Made by a program: the position numbers and the translations under genes
Assembly: GCA_044224875.1 (NCBI GenBank)
Contig: JBGAJQ010000001.1
Span: 1 to 64,000 of the forward strand
From: Gemmatimonadaceae bacterium
GTDB taxonomy: Bacteria > Gemmatimonadota > Gemmatimonadetes > Gemmatimonadales > Gemmatimonadaceae
Reading direction: 5' to 3'
DNA length: 64,000 bases
The notes under the pieces: generated by a model
Database searches by the model: none
Seen by the model: the letters and a program-made list of their open reading frames with translations, nothing else
Told to the model about the DNA's origin: nothing
Shown here: in pieces, positions 27,943 to 37,898 of the stretch
Layout of the letters: each line of letters opens with the position of its first letter
Position numbering within the stretch: position 1 is the first letter of the stretch

Positions 27943-30071
27943 TGTCTCCACGTTCTCGAGCATCGTCTTCCGCGAGCGCGACGGCCTCCACAGCTACACC
28001 GCACCACGCGCGCTCGCTCGTTATGCATGCACACTTCTACCAGCCGCCGCGGGAGAATCCGTGGCTCGATGAGGTGGAAGTGGAGCAGTCAGCGGCCCCA
28101 TTCCACGATTGGAACCAGCGCATTGACCGCGAATGCTATCGTGCAGTGGTGGCAGCGCGCGTCAACGGCACCGGGGAACGCATTGCCAAGGTCGTCAACA
28201 CGCTGGAATGGATCTCTTTCAACGTCGGCCCCACGCTGCTGGAGTGGATGGAACGCGCCGCCCCCGAGACCTACGCCGCCATCCTCGCCGCAGACGCGGC
28301 GAGTGTGCGTCGGCTCGGAGTCGGGAACGCCATTGCACAGCCGTATCATCACGCCATCCTTCCGCTGGCCACGCGCCGCGACAAGGTGACCGAAGTCCGG
28401 TGGGGCATCGCCGACTTTCGGCGCAGGTTCGGCCGCGAACCACTCGGCATGTGGTTGCCGGAAACCGCCGTCGATGACGAAACCCTGGATGTACTGGCCG
28501 CCGAGGGTATTCGCTTTACGATCCTGGCGCCGTACCAAGTCCGTCAGCTACCACCGCTGGGATTGCCGGGGCGCTACACCACGGCCAACGGCCGCGAAAT
28601 CGCGCTCTGTCTGTACAATGGCGATATGTCCCATGGCATCGCCTTTGGCGGCGTGCTGAACGACGCGTTGCGTTGGGTGCAGGTGATCGATGGCATTGCC
28701 AAAGGACAGGAGCAGGCGTCCGATACGGCCGACGACCCCGCCCAGCGCACGCTGCCGTCGCTGCTCGCGGCGGCGACCGATGGCGAGTCATACGGCCACC
28801 ATCACCGGTTTGGCGAGATGGCGCTGGCGAGAATGCTCCTGGAAGTGGCGGAACGCGGCACGACGATCGAGAACTTTGCGTCGTTCCTGGCGCGATACCC
28901 CGCCGTGCACGACGTCGAGCTGGTGGCGCCGTCTGCATGGAGCTGCGCCCATGGCGTGGAGCGCTGGCGGAGCAATTGCAGCTGCCGGATGGATGGCAAT
29001 CGGAACCCATCGCAGGAATGGCGAACACCACTCCGGAACGGGCTCAACGCGCTGGCCCAGGGACTGGACGCCGTATTTGTCAGCGAAGGAGCGAAGTACT
29101 TTCGCGATCCATGGGGCGCCCGCGACGCGTACGGAAGTGTTGTCGCCGAACCGACGACGGATCGAATCGACGACCTGCTCACCGCCCACGCCGCGGTCAC
29201 GCTGAACGCCGCCGACCGACTGCGCGCACGGGAACTGTTGGAGATGGAACGCGATGCCCTCCGCATGTTCACGTCGTGCGCCTGGTTCTTCGATGACATC
29301 GGCGGGCTGGAGCCCCGTCAGGTCCTACGCTACGCGTCCCGGGCCATCCACTTCGCAGGGGCCCAAGGCCACGCGCTGGAGCAGGAACTGCTCACCACAC
29401 TTGCCACGGCGGTCAGTAACGATCGTGCCGTGGGCACGGGGCGCGATGTTTACCTGACCTATGCCCGGCAATCGGTACCAGCCCCCGCACGCATTGCGGC
29501 CGCTGAACTGGCTGCACGGACCATCGGCGTGCATCACGCGCTCGAGTTTGCCGCCGCGGACGTGGTGACCGAACGCGACCGTGTGACGGTCACCGAGCGT
29601 CGGACTGGACAGCGACACGTCTATACGGGGCGGGTGTGGCGCGTGGGCGCGAGCGAAATCGACGTCGAGTTACACCCCGAGGGTAGCGACGCGGCGGCGC
29701 GAGTCTACACGATCCGCGACTTCCCGGAGCGCGCGCGCATGGAGATCCGGTCCGTGCTCCGTCGTCAGCTCCTGCCGCGTTGCCTTACGCCGGAAGAGCT
29801 CGACCACCTGGCTGCGGGCGACGTCCAACTCCGAGGATTGGTGGCCGTCGCGCTCACGCGAAACATCACTCGGCTCTCCGACGCGAGAACCGATGAGACC
29901 CTTGGGCTCGTCGGGGCTCTGCTTGACCTGTTCGAGCAGCTGGAACTCAAGGTCCCGTTCGACGCGCAAACGGCGTTCTGGTCGCTGTGGGAGGGCGCCT
30001 CCGAGGCCCGACGCGATCAACTTCGGAGCCTGCGCTGGCGCCTGGGGTTTGTGGACGATCGCGGCACCTGA
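27942..30071 (+). CDS. GH57 glycoside hydrolase with DUF3536 domain
   Basis: HFYQPPRENPW, SFNVGPTL, WLPETAVD, ATDGESYGHH, WSCAHGVERW, MFTSCAWFFDD; TGATG coupling to the upstream gene. Confidence 0.92.
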   Translation: MSPRSRASSSASATASTATPHHARSLVMHAHFYQPPRENPWLDEVEVEQSAAPFHDWNQRIDRECYRAVVAARVNGTGERIAKVVNTLEWISFNVGPTLLEWMERAAPETYAAILAADAASVRRLGVGNAIAQPYHHAILPLATRRDKVTEVRWGIADFRRRFGREPLGMWLPETAVDDETLDVLAAEGIRFTILAPYQVRQLPPLGLPGRYTTANGREIALCLYNGDMSHGIAFGGVLNDALRWVQVIDGIAKGQEQASDTADDPAQRTLPSLLAAATDGESYGHHHRFGEMALARMLLEVAERGTTIENFASFLARYPAVHDVELVAPSAWSCAHGVERWRSNCSCRMDGNRNPSQEWRTPLRNGLNALAQGLDAVFVSEGAKYFRDPWGARDAYGSVVAEPTTDRIDDLLTAHAAVTLNAADRLRARELLEMERDALRMFTSCAWFFDDIGGLEPRQVLRYASRAIHFAGAQGHALEQELLTTLATAVSNDRAVGTGRDVYLTYARQSVPAPARIAAAELAARTIGVHHALEFAAADVVTERDRVTVTERRTGQRHVYTGRVWRVGASEIDVELHPEGSDAAARVYTIRDFPERARMEIRSVLRRQLLPRCLTPEELDHLAAGDVQLRGLVAVALTRNITRLSDARTDETLGLVGALLDLFEQLELKVPFDAQTAFWSLWEGASEARRDQLRSLRWRLGFVDDRGT

Positions 30072-30247
30072 CCGCGACAAGGCCGCCGCAGCCGATTGGG
30101 TTGGCACCGGCGTCGTGGTTTACTCCCGGACGCCCGGAACGGAAACACCCTTCTTCCGGGAGCCCCGCTGGGGGTTCAGCTTCCAGTGGTCCGCAGCAGG
30201 CGGCGGCGACGCTGGTCCACACCCTTCGACTCGAACCGAACGTCCGC

Positions 30248-31459
30248 ATGTTCGTCATCTTCGCTGCGCCATTCCTGTCCGACAACGCGTTCCACATGGT
30301 GTCTGCGGCCGCCAGCCTGCCAGGCGTGACGCTCGGCGTCGTGACCACGGAACCCGCTGAACGCCTGCGGAATCTGAATGGCCAGGTTGCGCATTGGCGC
30401 GTGGACAACGTGCTGGACGTGAACCAGCTGGCTTGGGCGGGTCGCGAGTTATCGTCGCGCAACGGACCCATCCACCGGTTCTTTGGCGCCTTCGAGCAAC
30501 TGCAGGAGCCACTGGCACAGGCGCGTCAGCAGCTTGGTGTGGAGGGGATGAGTGTCGAAGCGGCAACGAACTTCCGGGACAAGGCGCGCATGAAGAGCGT
30601 GATGCGCGCGGCGGGCGTGCCGTGCGCGCGCCATCGCTTGGCTGGGAGTGTCGATGAAGCGCTGGCGTTTGCCCAGTCGTCGGGGTTTCCGCTCGTCGTG
30701 AAGCCGCCGGCCGGCGCCGGGGCACAGCAGACCTACCGCGTGGAGGATGCCAGCCAGCTGCAACGCGCGCTCACGGCGCCGGCGCCGACGGCCACGCATC
30801 CCGTGTTGCTCGAGGAATTCATCGTCGGTCAGGAACACTCGCTGGAAACCGTGTCCATCAACGGTCAGGCGATCTGGCACTCGCTGACCCACTACTACCC
30901 GACGCCCCTGCATGTCGTGGAGAATCCGTGGATACAATGGTGCCTCGTATTGCCGCGTGAGGTCGACGATCCGCGGTACGAGGACATCAAGGCCGCGGCC
31001 CGGCTGGCGCTTTCGGCGTTAGGCATGCAGACCGGGTTGAGCCACATGGAGTGGTTTCGCCGCAAGGACGGAAGCGTGGCCATATCCGAGGTCGGGGCGC
31101 GACCGCCCGGGGCGCAGATCACGACGCTGGTGTCACGCGCCCACGACATTGATTTCGTAAAGGCGTGGACCCAGCTGATGGTGTTCGGCACCTTCGATGT
31201 TCCACACCGGAAGTACGCAGCAGGCGCCTGCTTCCTGCGCGGTCAGGGGAGCGGTCAGGTCCGGTCCGTACACGGCTGGGACCGCGTGCAGCGTGACCTG
31301 GGCGACTTGATCACTGATGTGAAGCTGCCGGCAATGGGTGCGGCGCCATCCACCAGCTACGAGGGCGAGGGGTTCATTCTCGTCAGGCACCCGGACACCG
31401 CCGTGGTGGAGCGCGCCGTCGCTCGCATCGCGGCCACCGTACGCGTGGAGTTGGGGTAA
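30248..31459 (+). CDS. ATP-grasp ligase (L-amino acid ligase-like) 1
   Basis: FRDKARMK, PLVVKPPAGAGA, LEEFIVG.EHS, HMEWF, EVGARPPG. Confidence 0.9.
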   Translation: MFVIFAAPFLSDNAFHMVSAAASLPGVTLGVVTTEPAERLRNLNGQVAHWRVDNVLDVNQLAWAGRELSSRNGPIHRFFGAFEQLQEPLAQARQQLGVEGMSVEAATNFRDKARMKSVMRAAGVPCARHRLAGSVDEALAFAQSSGFPLVVKPPAGAGAQQTYRVEDASQLQRALTAPAPTATHPVLLEEFIVGQEHSLETVSINGQAIWHSLTHYYPTPLHVVENPWIQWCLVLPREVDDPRYEDIKAAARLALSALGMQTGLSHMEWFRRKDGSVAISEVGARPPGAQITTLVSRAHDIDFVKAWTQLMVFGTFDVPHRKYAAGACFLRGQGSGQVRSVHGWDRVQRDLGDLITDVKLPAMGAAPSTSYEGEGFILVRHPDTAVVERAVARIAATVRVELG

Positions 31460-31505
31460 CGCCCGTGCCACGCGGAAACGATCCTCTTTCGTGAGATTGA
31501 ACGAT

Positions 31506-32723
31506 ATGAACGTGATCATGTTAGCCCCCGGGTACCCCGGCGAGATGCCGTACTTCTGTCGCGGGTTGGCCCAGCAGGGCGCCAAGGTCTATGGCGTGAG
31601 CGACGTGCCAGAAGATCAACTGCCGAAGATGACGCGCGAGCACATGGCCGGGTACCTGAAGGTCCCGAACTTCCAGGATGAAGACGGGGTGGTTCGCATG
31701 GTGGCGGCCGGCGTCGGAGCGAACAAGGTGGACCGCGTCGTTTGCATGTGGGAGCCCGGTGTCGTGCTAGCCGCGAAGCTACGCGAAGCGTTAGGCGTAC
31801 CCGGAATGCGCGTACCACAGGCGCAGACGTTTCGGAACAAGGACATCATGAAGCAGAAGGTGACCGCGGCTGGTCTCCGAACGGCCCGGCACGCGTCGGC
31901 AACCAGCATTGCGCAGGTGCGCGAGGCGGCCAAGGACATCGGCTATCCCATCATCGTGAAGCCGATCGCCGGCGCTGGTTCCATGGACACCTTCCGTGCC
32001 GACAACGTCGAGATGCTGGAAGCGAGCTTGTCGCGCGTAAAGACCTACGACGAAGTCAACGTGGAGGAGTTCATCGAGGGCGACGAGTACACGTACGACA
32101 CCATCTGCATCGACGGCAAGATCGTCTTCGAGAACGTGTGCTTCTATCGCCCGAATCCGCTGCTGGCGCGCAGCAATGAGTGGATCTCGCCGCAGACGTT
32201 GACGGTGCGGGACTTGTCGTCCGACGTCATGCAGGCGGGCATGACGTTAGGTCACGACATCCTGAAGGCGCTGGATTTCCAGACGGGCTTCACCCACATG
32301 GAGTGGTTCTACACGGCGAAGAACGAGGCCGTGTTCGGCGAGATTGCAGCCCGTCCGGCGGGAGCGCAGACGGTGGACCTGATGAACTATACCTGCGACA
32401 CGGACCTGTTCCTCGGCTACGCCGAGGCCGAGTTGCACGGACGTTTCTCCCAACCGACTGAGCGAAAATACAACGCCGCGAACATCTTCAAACGGGCGAT
32501 CGGCAAGGGACGCATCACGCGAATTACCGGCTTGGAGAGTATCCTCAACCGGTTTGGCGAGCACGTGGTGCATGTCGATCTCCTTCCCGTTGGAGCTGAG
32601 CGGCGCAACTGGATCCTGACGCTGATCTCGGACGGGTATCTCGTCGTGCGTCACCCGGACTGGCAGACCTGTTGCGACATTGCCGACGCGGTTGGGACGG
32701 ATCTGCAGCTCTACGCGTCCTGA
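31506..32723 (+). CDS. ATP-grasp ligase (L-amino acid ligase-like) 2
   Basis: FRNKDIMK, PIIVKPIAGAGS, VEEFIEG.EYT, HMEWF, EIAARPAG. Confidence 0.9.
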   Translation: MNVIMLAPGYPGEMPYFCRGLAQQGAKVYGVSDVPEDQLPKMTREHMAGYLKVPNFQDEDGVVRMVAAGVGANKVDRVVCMWEPGVVLAAKLREALGVPGMRVPQAQTFRNKDIMKQKVTAAGLRTARHASATSIAQVREAAKDIGYPIIVKPIAGAGSMDTFRADNVEMLEASLSRVKTYDEVNVEEFIEGDEYTYDTICIDGKIVFENVCFYRPNPLLARSNEWISPQTLTVRDLSSDVMQAGMTLGHDILKALDFQTGFTHMEWFYTAKNEAVFGEIAARPAGAQTVDLMNYTCDTDLFLGYAEAELHGRFSQPTERKYNAANIFKRAIGKGRITRITGLESILNRFGEHVVHVDLLPVGAERRNWILTLISDGYLVVRHPDWQTCCDIADAVGTDLQLYAS

Positions 32724-32762
32724 AGTCGAAGGCGGCGACTGGCGCCACTCAAACCCAGAGAC

Positions 32763-32785
32763 AGGGCCCCGGATTTCGGGGCCCT
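32763..32785 (+). terminator. Stem-loop after the ATP-grasp pair (terminator or mRNA-stabilising hairpin)
   Basis: AGGGCCCCG-GATTT-CGGGGCCCT, 9-bp stem with no U tract. Confidence 0.45.
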
Positions 32786-32915
32786 CATGTCGAAGAGGAA
32801 GCTGGTAGGACGTGCCGTCCCCGTGCCTCTCTCTTAGAATTCTCGGGTCCCGTCCCCCCCAGGCTGGATAATGTCGCGCGAATGACGTCCCCCCAGTTCC
32901 TTCCTGGACAAATGG

Positions 32916-33692
32916 ATGGGTCGTCGACGCACACCTCCCGGTACGCTGCAGGTCATTCACGAGGTCTATTCGCCGGAGCTGGCGAATCGGCGCGATATCC
33001 TCGTCTATCTCCCAGCAGCGTACGAGAAGTCGGAGGAGGCGTTCCCCGTCATCTACATGCATGACGGGCAGAACCTCTTCGATCCAACGACCAGTTTTGC
33101 GGGGGAATGGGGGGTGGACGACGCGATGGCCAAGGCGCCGCGAGGCGGTCGCAAGGCGATTGTGGTGGGTATTCCCAACATGGGAATCGATCGCATCCGA
33201 GAATACTCGCCGTTCGTGGACCCGCGGAATGGCGGCGGGCTGGGCGACGTCTACGTCTCGTTCATCCTGGACACCCTGAAGCCACTCATCGACAAGCGGT
33301 TCCGGACGCTACGATCTGTTGAGCATACCGGAATCATTGGCTCGTCCCTGGGTGGCCTCATCAGCCTCTACGCGTTTTTCAGGCAGCCAGCCAGCTTCGG
33401 TTTTGCGGGGGTCATGAGTCCCGCCCTTTGGTTTGCCGGAGGGGCCATCTTCCCCTATGTGCGGGAGGCGCCGTACGTTCGCGGGCGCCTATATCTGGAT
33501 GTCGGGACGCGCGAGGGCGAGGGGACGCTGGCGAATGCCCGGATGATGCGCGATCTGCTCATTGAGAAAGGCTACGCACTCGAACAGCAGCTACACTGGG
33601 TCGAAGACGCGGGCGGTATGCACAATGAAGCGGCGTGGGGTCGTCGGTTGCGACCGGCCCTTCCATTTCTACTGAACGGCACCACGAGGTGA
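32916..33692 (+). CDS. Alpha/beta hydrolase, putative esterase (IroE/Fes-like)
   Basis: VYLP..Y, YMHDGQNLFD, GSSLGG nucleophile elbow, LYLDVGTRE, HNEAAW. Confidence 0.9.
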   Translation: MGRRRTPPGTLQVIHEVYSPELANRRDILVYLPAAYEKSEEAFPVIYMHDGQNLFDPTTSFAGEWGVDDAMAKAPRGGRKAIVVGIPNMGIDRIREYSPFVDPRNGGGLGDVYVSFILDTLKPLIDKRFRTLRSVEHTGIIGSSLGGLISLYAFFRQPASFGFAGVMSPALWFAGGAIFPYVREAPYVRGRLYLDVGTREGEGTLANARMMRDLLIEKGYALEQQLHWVEDAGGMHNEAAWGRRLRPALPFLLNGTTR

Positions 33693-33693
33693 C

Positions 33694-34425
33694 ATGAGCA
33701 CGCGCGTTCCTGGGCATCACAAGGTCTGGTTCAGTCCGGCGGTCGGACGCGAGATGCATGTGAGGTGGTTTGGGCATTCCGGCGCGCGGGTGCTGGCCTT
33801 TCCCACAACGATGGGGAATCACAACGAGTGGCCCAATCGCTACATGCCGGATGTTCTGCGCGAGCACATCGAGCGCGGCTGGGTGCAGCTCTGGTGCCTC
33901 GATCACAACCACGACCAGTCGTGGTATGACAAGACGGTGCATCCCGGTCACAGGGCCTGGTTGCACCTGCAGTACGACCGGTATGTACGCGACGAACTCA
34001 TTCCCTTTACACAGCACGTCAACGGGAATCCGTACTGCATTGCGACCGGTGCCTCGTTCGGTGCCTTTCATGCCATGTCGATTGGTCTGCGCAATCCGAA
34101 CTTGTTCAACCGCATCATTGGCATGAGCGGCACGTACGACATCAAGGGCATGACCGGGGGCTATTCGGACGGTAACGTCTACGCCTGCAACCCGTACGAC
34201 TTCATGCAGCATGAGCAGGATCCCCGTCGGCTGGACGCCTTCCGTCGGCAGGACATCATCATCGCGATTGGACGTGGCGATCCACACTTCGACCAGAACA
34301 GCCAGTTCTCGGAGATCCTCTGGCGTCGCCAGATCGGGAACGCCCTTCGCGTATGGGACGGCCACGCTCACGACTGGCCGTTCTGGGAACGAATGATCGT
34401 GAAGTACATGGGAGGACACGACTGA
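33694..34425 (+). CDS. Putative esterase (alpha/beta hydrolase)
   Basis: WFSPAVGREM, FGHSG..VLAFPT, GASFG elbow, HDWPFW. Confidence 0.88.
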   Translation: MSTRVPGHHKVWFSPAVGREMHVRWFGHSGARVLAFPTTMGNHNEWPNRYMPDVLREHIERGWVQLWCLDHNHDQSWYDKTVHPGHRAWLHLQYDRYVRDELIPFTQHVNGNPYCIATGASFGAFHAMSIGLRNPNLFNRIIGMSGTYDIKGMTGGYSDGNVYACNPYDFMQHEQDPRRLDAFRRQDIIIAIGRGDPHFDQNSQFSEILWRRQIGNALRVWDGHAHDWPFWERMIVKYMGGHD

Positions 34426-35354
34426 TGCCCCAGGACAAGCGGGTTGGAGTCATCGTCGGCCGCGAGTGGAGCTGGCCCCCAGAGTTCATCAAGGCGGTCA
34501 ACGAGCGGAACGCCGGGGTCGTGGCGGAATTCGCCAAACTCGGCGGCGATCACCATGACGGGCCGGTGCCGTACGACGTTCTCATCGATCGCATCTCGCA
34601 CGAGGTGCCGATGTACCGCTCGTACCTGAAGAAGGCGGTCCTCGAAGGCCGAACATGCATCAACAACCCGTTCATGTGGTCGGCCGACGACAAGTTCTTC
34701 GGCGCCACGCTGGCCCAGAAACTCGGCGTGGTGTCGCCCAAGACCGTCCTGCTGCCGAACAAGGACTACGTGCCGGGGATCGTGCCCACCGAGTCACTGC
34801 GGAACCTGCACTTCCCGTTGGATTGGGATGAAATCGCGCGCTACATCGGCATGCCGTGCATTCTCAAGGACGCCCACGGCGGCGGATGGAAGGAAGTGTA
34901 CGTCTGTCACTCCGTCGAGGAGTTGATCCGGAACTACGATGAGTCCGGGCTGCTCACGATGATCGTGCAGGAGTTCGTGCACTGGGATCAGTTCGTTCGT
35001 TGCATCTGTATTGGGCGCAACAATATCCAGCCGATCCAATACGACCCCAAGGCCCGGAAGTACATTGTCTCGGACACCTACCTCACACCGGCGCTGCGCG
35101 AGCGCATTGTGGGCGATGCACGCAAGCTCTGCAACGCGTTAGGCTATGACATGAATTCCGCCGAGTTTGCGGTCAAGGACGGTATCCCGTACGCGATCGA
35201 CTTCATGAACTGCGCGCCGGACATGGACGTGTACTCGCTCACACCGACGTACTTCGACTGGGTAGTGAAGGCCATGGCCGACCTGGCGATCGATCGCGCC
35301 TTGCATCCACGGCCGCAGCTCGCGGAGTTGTCGTGGCGCTCACTGTTCGGGTAA
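34425..35354 (+). CDS. RimK/glutathione synthetase-like ATP-grasp ligase
   Basis: IDRISH, INNPF.WSADDKF, LKDAHGGGWK, VQEFV, EFAV.DG.PYAIDF.N; TGATG coupling. Confidence 0.88.
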   Translation: MPQDKRVGVIVGREWSWPPEFIKAVNERNAGVVAEFAKLGGDHHDGPVPYDVLIDRISHEVPMYRSYLKKAVLEGRTCINNPFMWSADDKFFGATLAQKLGVVSPKTVLLPNKDYVPGIVPTESLRNLHFPLDWDEIARYIGMPCILKDAHGGGWKEVYVCHSVEELIRNYDESGLLTMIVQEFVHWDQFVRCICIGRNNIQPIQYDPKARKYIVSDTYLTPALRERIVGDARKLCNALGYDMNSAEFAVKDGIPYAIDFMNCAPDMDVYSLTPTYFDWVVKAMADLAIDRALHPRPQLAELSWRSLFG

Positions 35355-35358
35355 GCGA

Positions 35359-36702
35359 GTGAGTGCCGTCGCGCGATATCACGAAGTTCTGACGCCAGAC
35401 GTCGCCGGCGCCACGCATACGCACGTGGAACGGCAGCTGACGGAGCGCGGACTGGTCTTTGGCGGTCGGGCGCTGTGCACCGTACTGCGCCCGCGATTCC
35501 TGGACGTGGCGCAGTACCAGTCACTGCAGCGTCGCCTCCGGCCCCTCATGCAGGCCTTCCACAAGACCTACGAGCGCGCGCTCAGCGACGCGGCGTTCCG
35601 TCGCCAGTTTGGGCTGGCGGACTGGGAAGAGGTCCTGCTGGCCGACCGTACCGGATATTCCCGCCCCAGTCCCACCTCCCGGCTGGACTTCTTCTGGGAC
35701 CCCGAGGTCGGATCGTTGGGGCTGACGGAGTACAACGCCGAGACGCCGGCTGGCGCCGCATATATCGATGCCCTGAGCGATGCGTTCCTCGATGCTCCCG
35801 CCATGCGGGAGTTCACCAGGTCGTACGACGTCTGGCCACTTCCCGCCAGGCAAGGCGTCGTTGGTGTACTCCTTGAAGCCTACCGCGAGTTCAGTCAGGG
35901 GGGCCGTGCTCCACGGGTGGCCATTCTCGACTGGGATGATGTCCCCACGGTCACCGAGTTTGAGCTGTACCGTAAGCACTTCGAGGCGATGGGCATCAGC
36001 TGCCTGATCGACGACCCCCGCCGCTGCGAGTACCGCGATCGCACCCTGTATGCCAGCGGCCGCCCAGTGGACTTCATCTACAAGCGCGTGCTGATCAGTG
36101 AGCTGATCGAAACATGCGGCATGGACTCACCGGTCGTGCGCGCGGTGCGCGACGGTGCCGCGTGCATGGTCGACGGCTTTCGCTGCAAGATCCTCCACAA
36201 GAAGGCATCGCTGGCCGTGCTGTCCGACGAGGCCAACGCCTCCATGTTCAATGCCGACGAGCGCCACGGCATCGACGACTGCGTGCCGTGGACGCGCGTG
36301 GTAGAGGAGCGACGCACCACCTATGGCGGCTTGGACGTGGACTTGGTGCCATACGTTCTCGCCCACCGCGAACGCTTCGTCATCAAGCCCAACGACGAGT
36401 ACGGAGGCAAGGGCATCGTACTGGGCTGGACGGTGGACGACGCAGCGTGGGCCGACGCGATTCGCGTGGCGTTGCAATCGCCGCACATCGTTCAGGAAAA
36501 GGTGGTCGTTCCCTCCGAGCCATACCCCAGCTGGATCGATGGCCGAGTCGAGATTTACGAGCGAATGTACGATACGGCGCCGTTCCTTTCGCACGGGCTC
36601 TACATGGAGGGAATGCTCACTCGCCTTTCCACGGTGGACCTCTTGAACGTGACCGCTGGGGGTGGCAGTACGGTTCCCACATTCATCGCCGAACGTCGCT
36701 AG
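35359..36702 (+). CDS. Circularly permuted ATP-grasp (type 2) ligase
   Basis: RLDF and EYNAETPAG metal ligands lie N-terminal to IKPNDEYGGKGIVLG and VQEKV; C-terminal LNVTAGGG. Confidence 0.85.
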   Translation: MSAVARYHEVLTPDVAGATHTHVERQLTERGLVFGGRALCTVLRPRFLDVAQYQSLQRRLRPLMQAFHKTYERALSDAAFRRQFGLADWEEVLLADRTGYSRPSPTSRLDFFWDPEVGSLGLTEYNAETPAGAAYIDALSDAFLDAPAMREFTRSYDVWPLPARQGVVGVLLEAYREFSQGGRAPRVAILDWDDVPTVTEFELYRKHFEAMGISCLIDDPRRCEYRDRTLYASGRPVDFIYKRVLISELIETCGMDSPVVRAVRDGAACMVDGFRCKILHKKASLAVLSDEANASMFNADERHGIDDCVPWTRVVEERRTTYGGLDVDLVPYVLAHRERFVIKPNDEYGGKGIVLGWTVDDAAWADAIRVALQSPHIVQEKVVVPSEPYPSWIDGRVEIYERMYDTAPFLSHGLYMEGMLTRLSTVDLLNVTAGGGSTVPTFIAERR

Positions 36703-37079
36703 GCGGCCGGAATAGCTGTAGATGGCAGGGGCGTATCAGCTGCAACGCAGGCGTTGCGCTCGTCGGTACGGTTGAGGTTGCCGCGAGATTACGCGGAACT
36801 TCTTTCCACCGAACGTTGCGGCAATCCCTCACGTCGAACCGAACGCTGCCTGACATCGCCGAGCACACCATGCCGTGAGATTCACCGCTCGTGGGAATGC
36901 GCGATTCCCGCGACCTGCCAGCGAAGGCATCGCGCTCCCTGCACGAGGGCGCTCGCACCGACGTGAGTGCCCGACTGACTCCCGCAACGGGAGCAGGGAA
37001 CGGACCATGTCGCGCCGCTCGCCTGCTGCGATCGGTTTCGGAGCAGGACCTCCGACGGGGACAGGTCCAAGGAGGAGTT

Positions 37080-37823
37080 ATGCAATCCCTGCAGTGGGCG
37101 CGCCTAACGAGCGCGATGATTGTGCTGGCGAGTCTCTCCGCTTGTGCCGATGCACCAACGGCGACGACGACCAGCCTCCCAAGCACGGCGGCCCTCGCCG
37201 CCACCTTCGATGCGATGGCCCAGGATCAGGCACTGGCGGGTGCCCTCGCCGCAAGTGAGGACTGGCGTTGGGTCGCCTCCGCCCTGCGTGACGGGGTGAC
37301 CCCATCTCGCATCGAGATCTGGAAGGACGGCACGATCGAGGACTACGACGCGTTTGTCCGCGCCGTGGAAGCGCCATCGGTCGAGACCATCCCCCGCAAG
37401 GAAGCGGGGCACACGATGCTGGCGTGGCAGCGTCATAACAGCGAGCAGATCAACCACGTGCTGCGCATCGAATCGCCGGGCGACAATGGACGCGTCATCC
37501 CGCATTCGGGAATCCATGGTGGCGACTTGCCGTTGGGCGCGCACGCAGACTACCTGGAACGAGGCACGAAGGAAGGTCCCTGGACAGGCTTCAAGGGTGT
37601 GGTCCTCCTGGCCGAAGCGTGGGCAGGGGGGCGCTGCCGGTTCAACAATCCGGAAACGACTTGGCGACCGCCGGAAGGCATGATCTGCCAGAAAGCGCTG
37701 TTCGATGTGCGTTTTGAGGCGAACCTTTCGCCATTGAATGGCGGCGTCGAAGGTTCGGCCGGCATGGTCATGTGGATGGCAACGCAGCGTGTCGTTGGGG
37801 TGAAACTGACCCCGGCCAACTAG
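37080..37823 (+). CDS. Hypothetical lipoprotein
   Basis: AAGGAGGAG RBS; signal peptide with lipobox LSAC. Confidence 0.7.
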   Translation: MQSLQWARLTSAMIVLASLSACADAPTATTTSLPSTAALAATFDAMAQDQALAGALAASEDWRWVASALRDGVTPSRIEIWKDGTIEDYDAFVRAVEAPSVETIPRKEAGHTMLAWQRHNSEQINHVLRIESPGDNGRVIPHSGIHGGDLPLGAHADYLERGTKEGPWTGFKGVVLLAEAWAGGRCRFNNPETTWRPPEGMICQKALFDVRFEANLSPLNGGVEGSAGMVMWMATQRVVGVKLTPAN

Positions 37824-37865
37824 GGTTCATCGCCAGTGCCGGGCGGTTGCCGGCATCAGGCCTGT

Positions 37866-37898
37866 GGTGGGAGGGGGAGCGTTAGGCCCCCTCCCACC
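37866..37898 (+). terminator. Stem-loop after the lipoprotein gene
   Basis: GGTGGGAGGGGG-AGCGTTAGG-CCCCCTCCCACC, 12-bp stem; the loop contains CGTTAGG. Confidence 0.55.

Noticed and set aside
30248..36702. Graspetide (ATP-grasp RiPP) cluster
   Set aside because: No precursor ORF with repeated Thr/Ser-Lys-Asp/Glu cores found, and the ligases do not resemble microviridin-type enzymes by eye.
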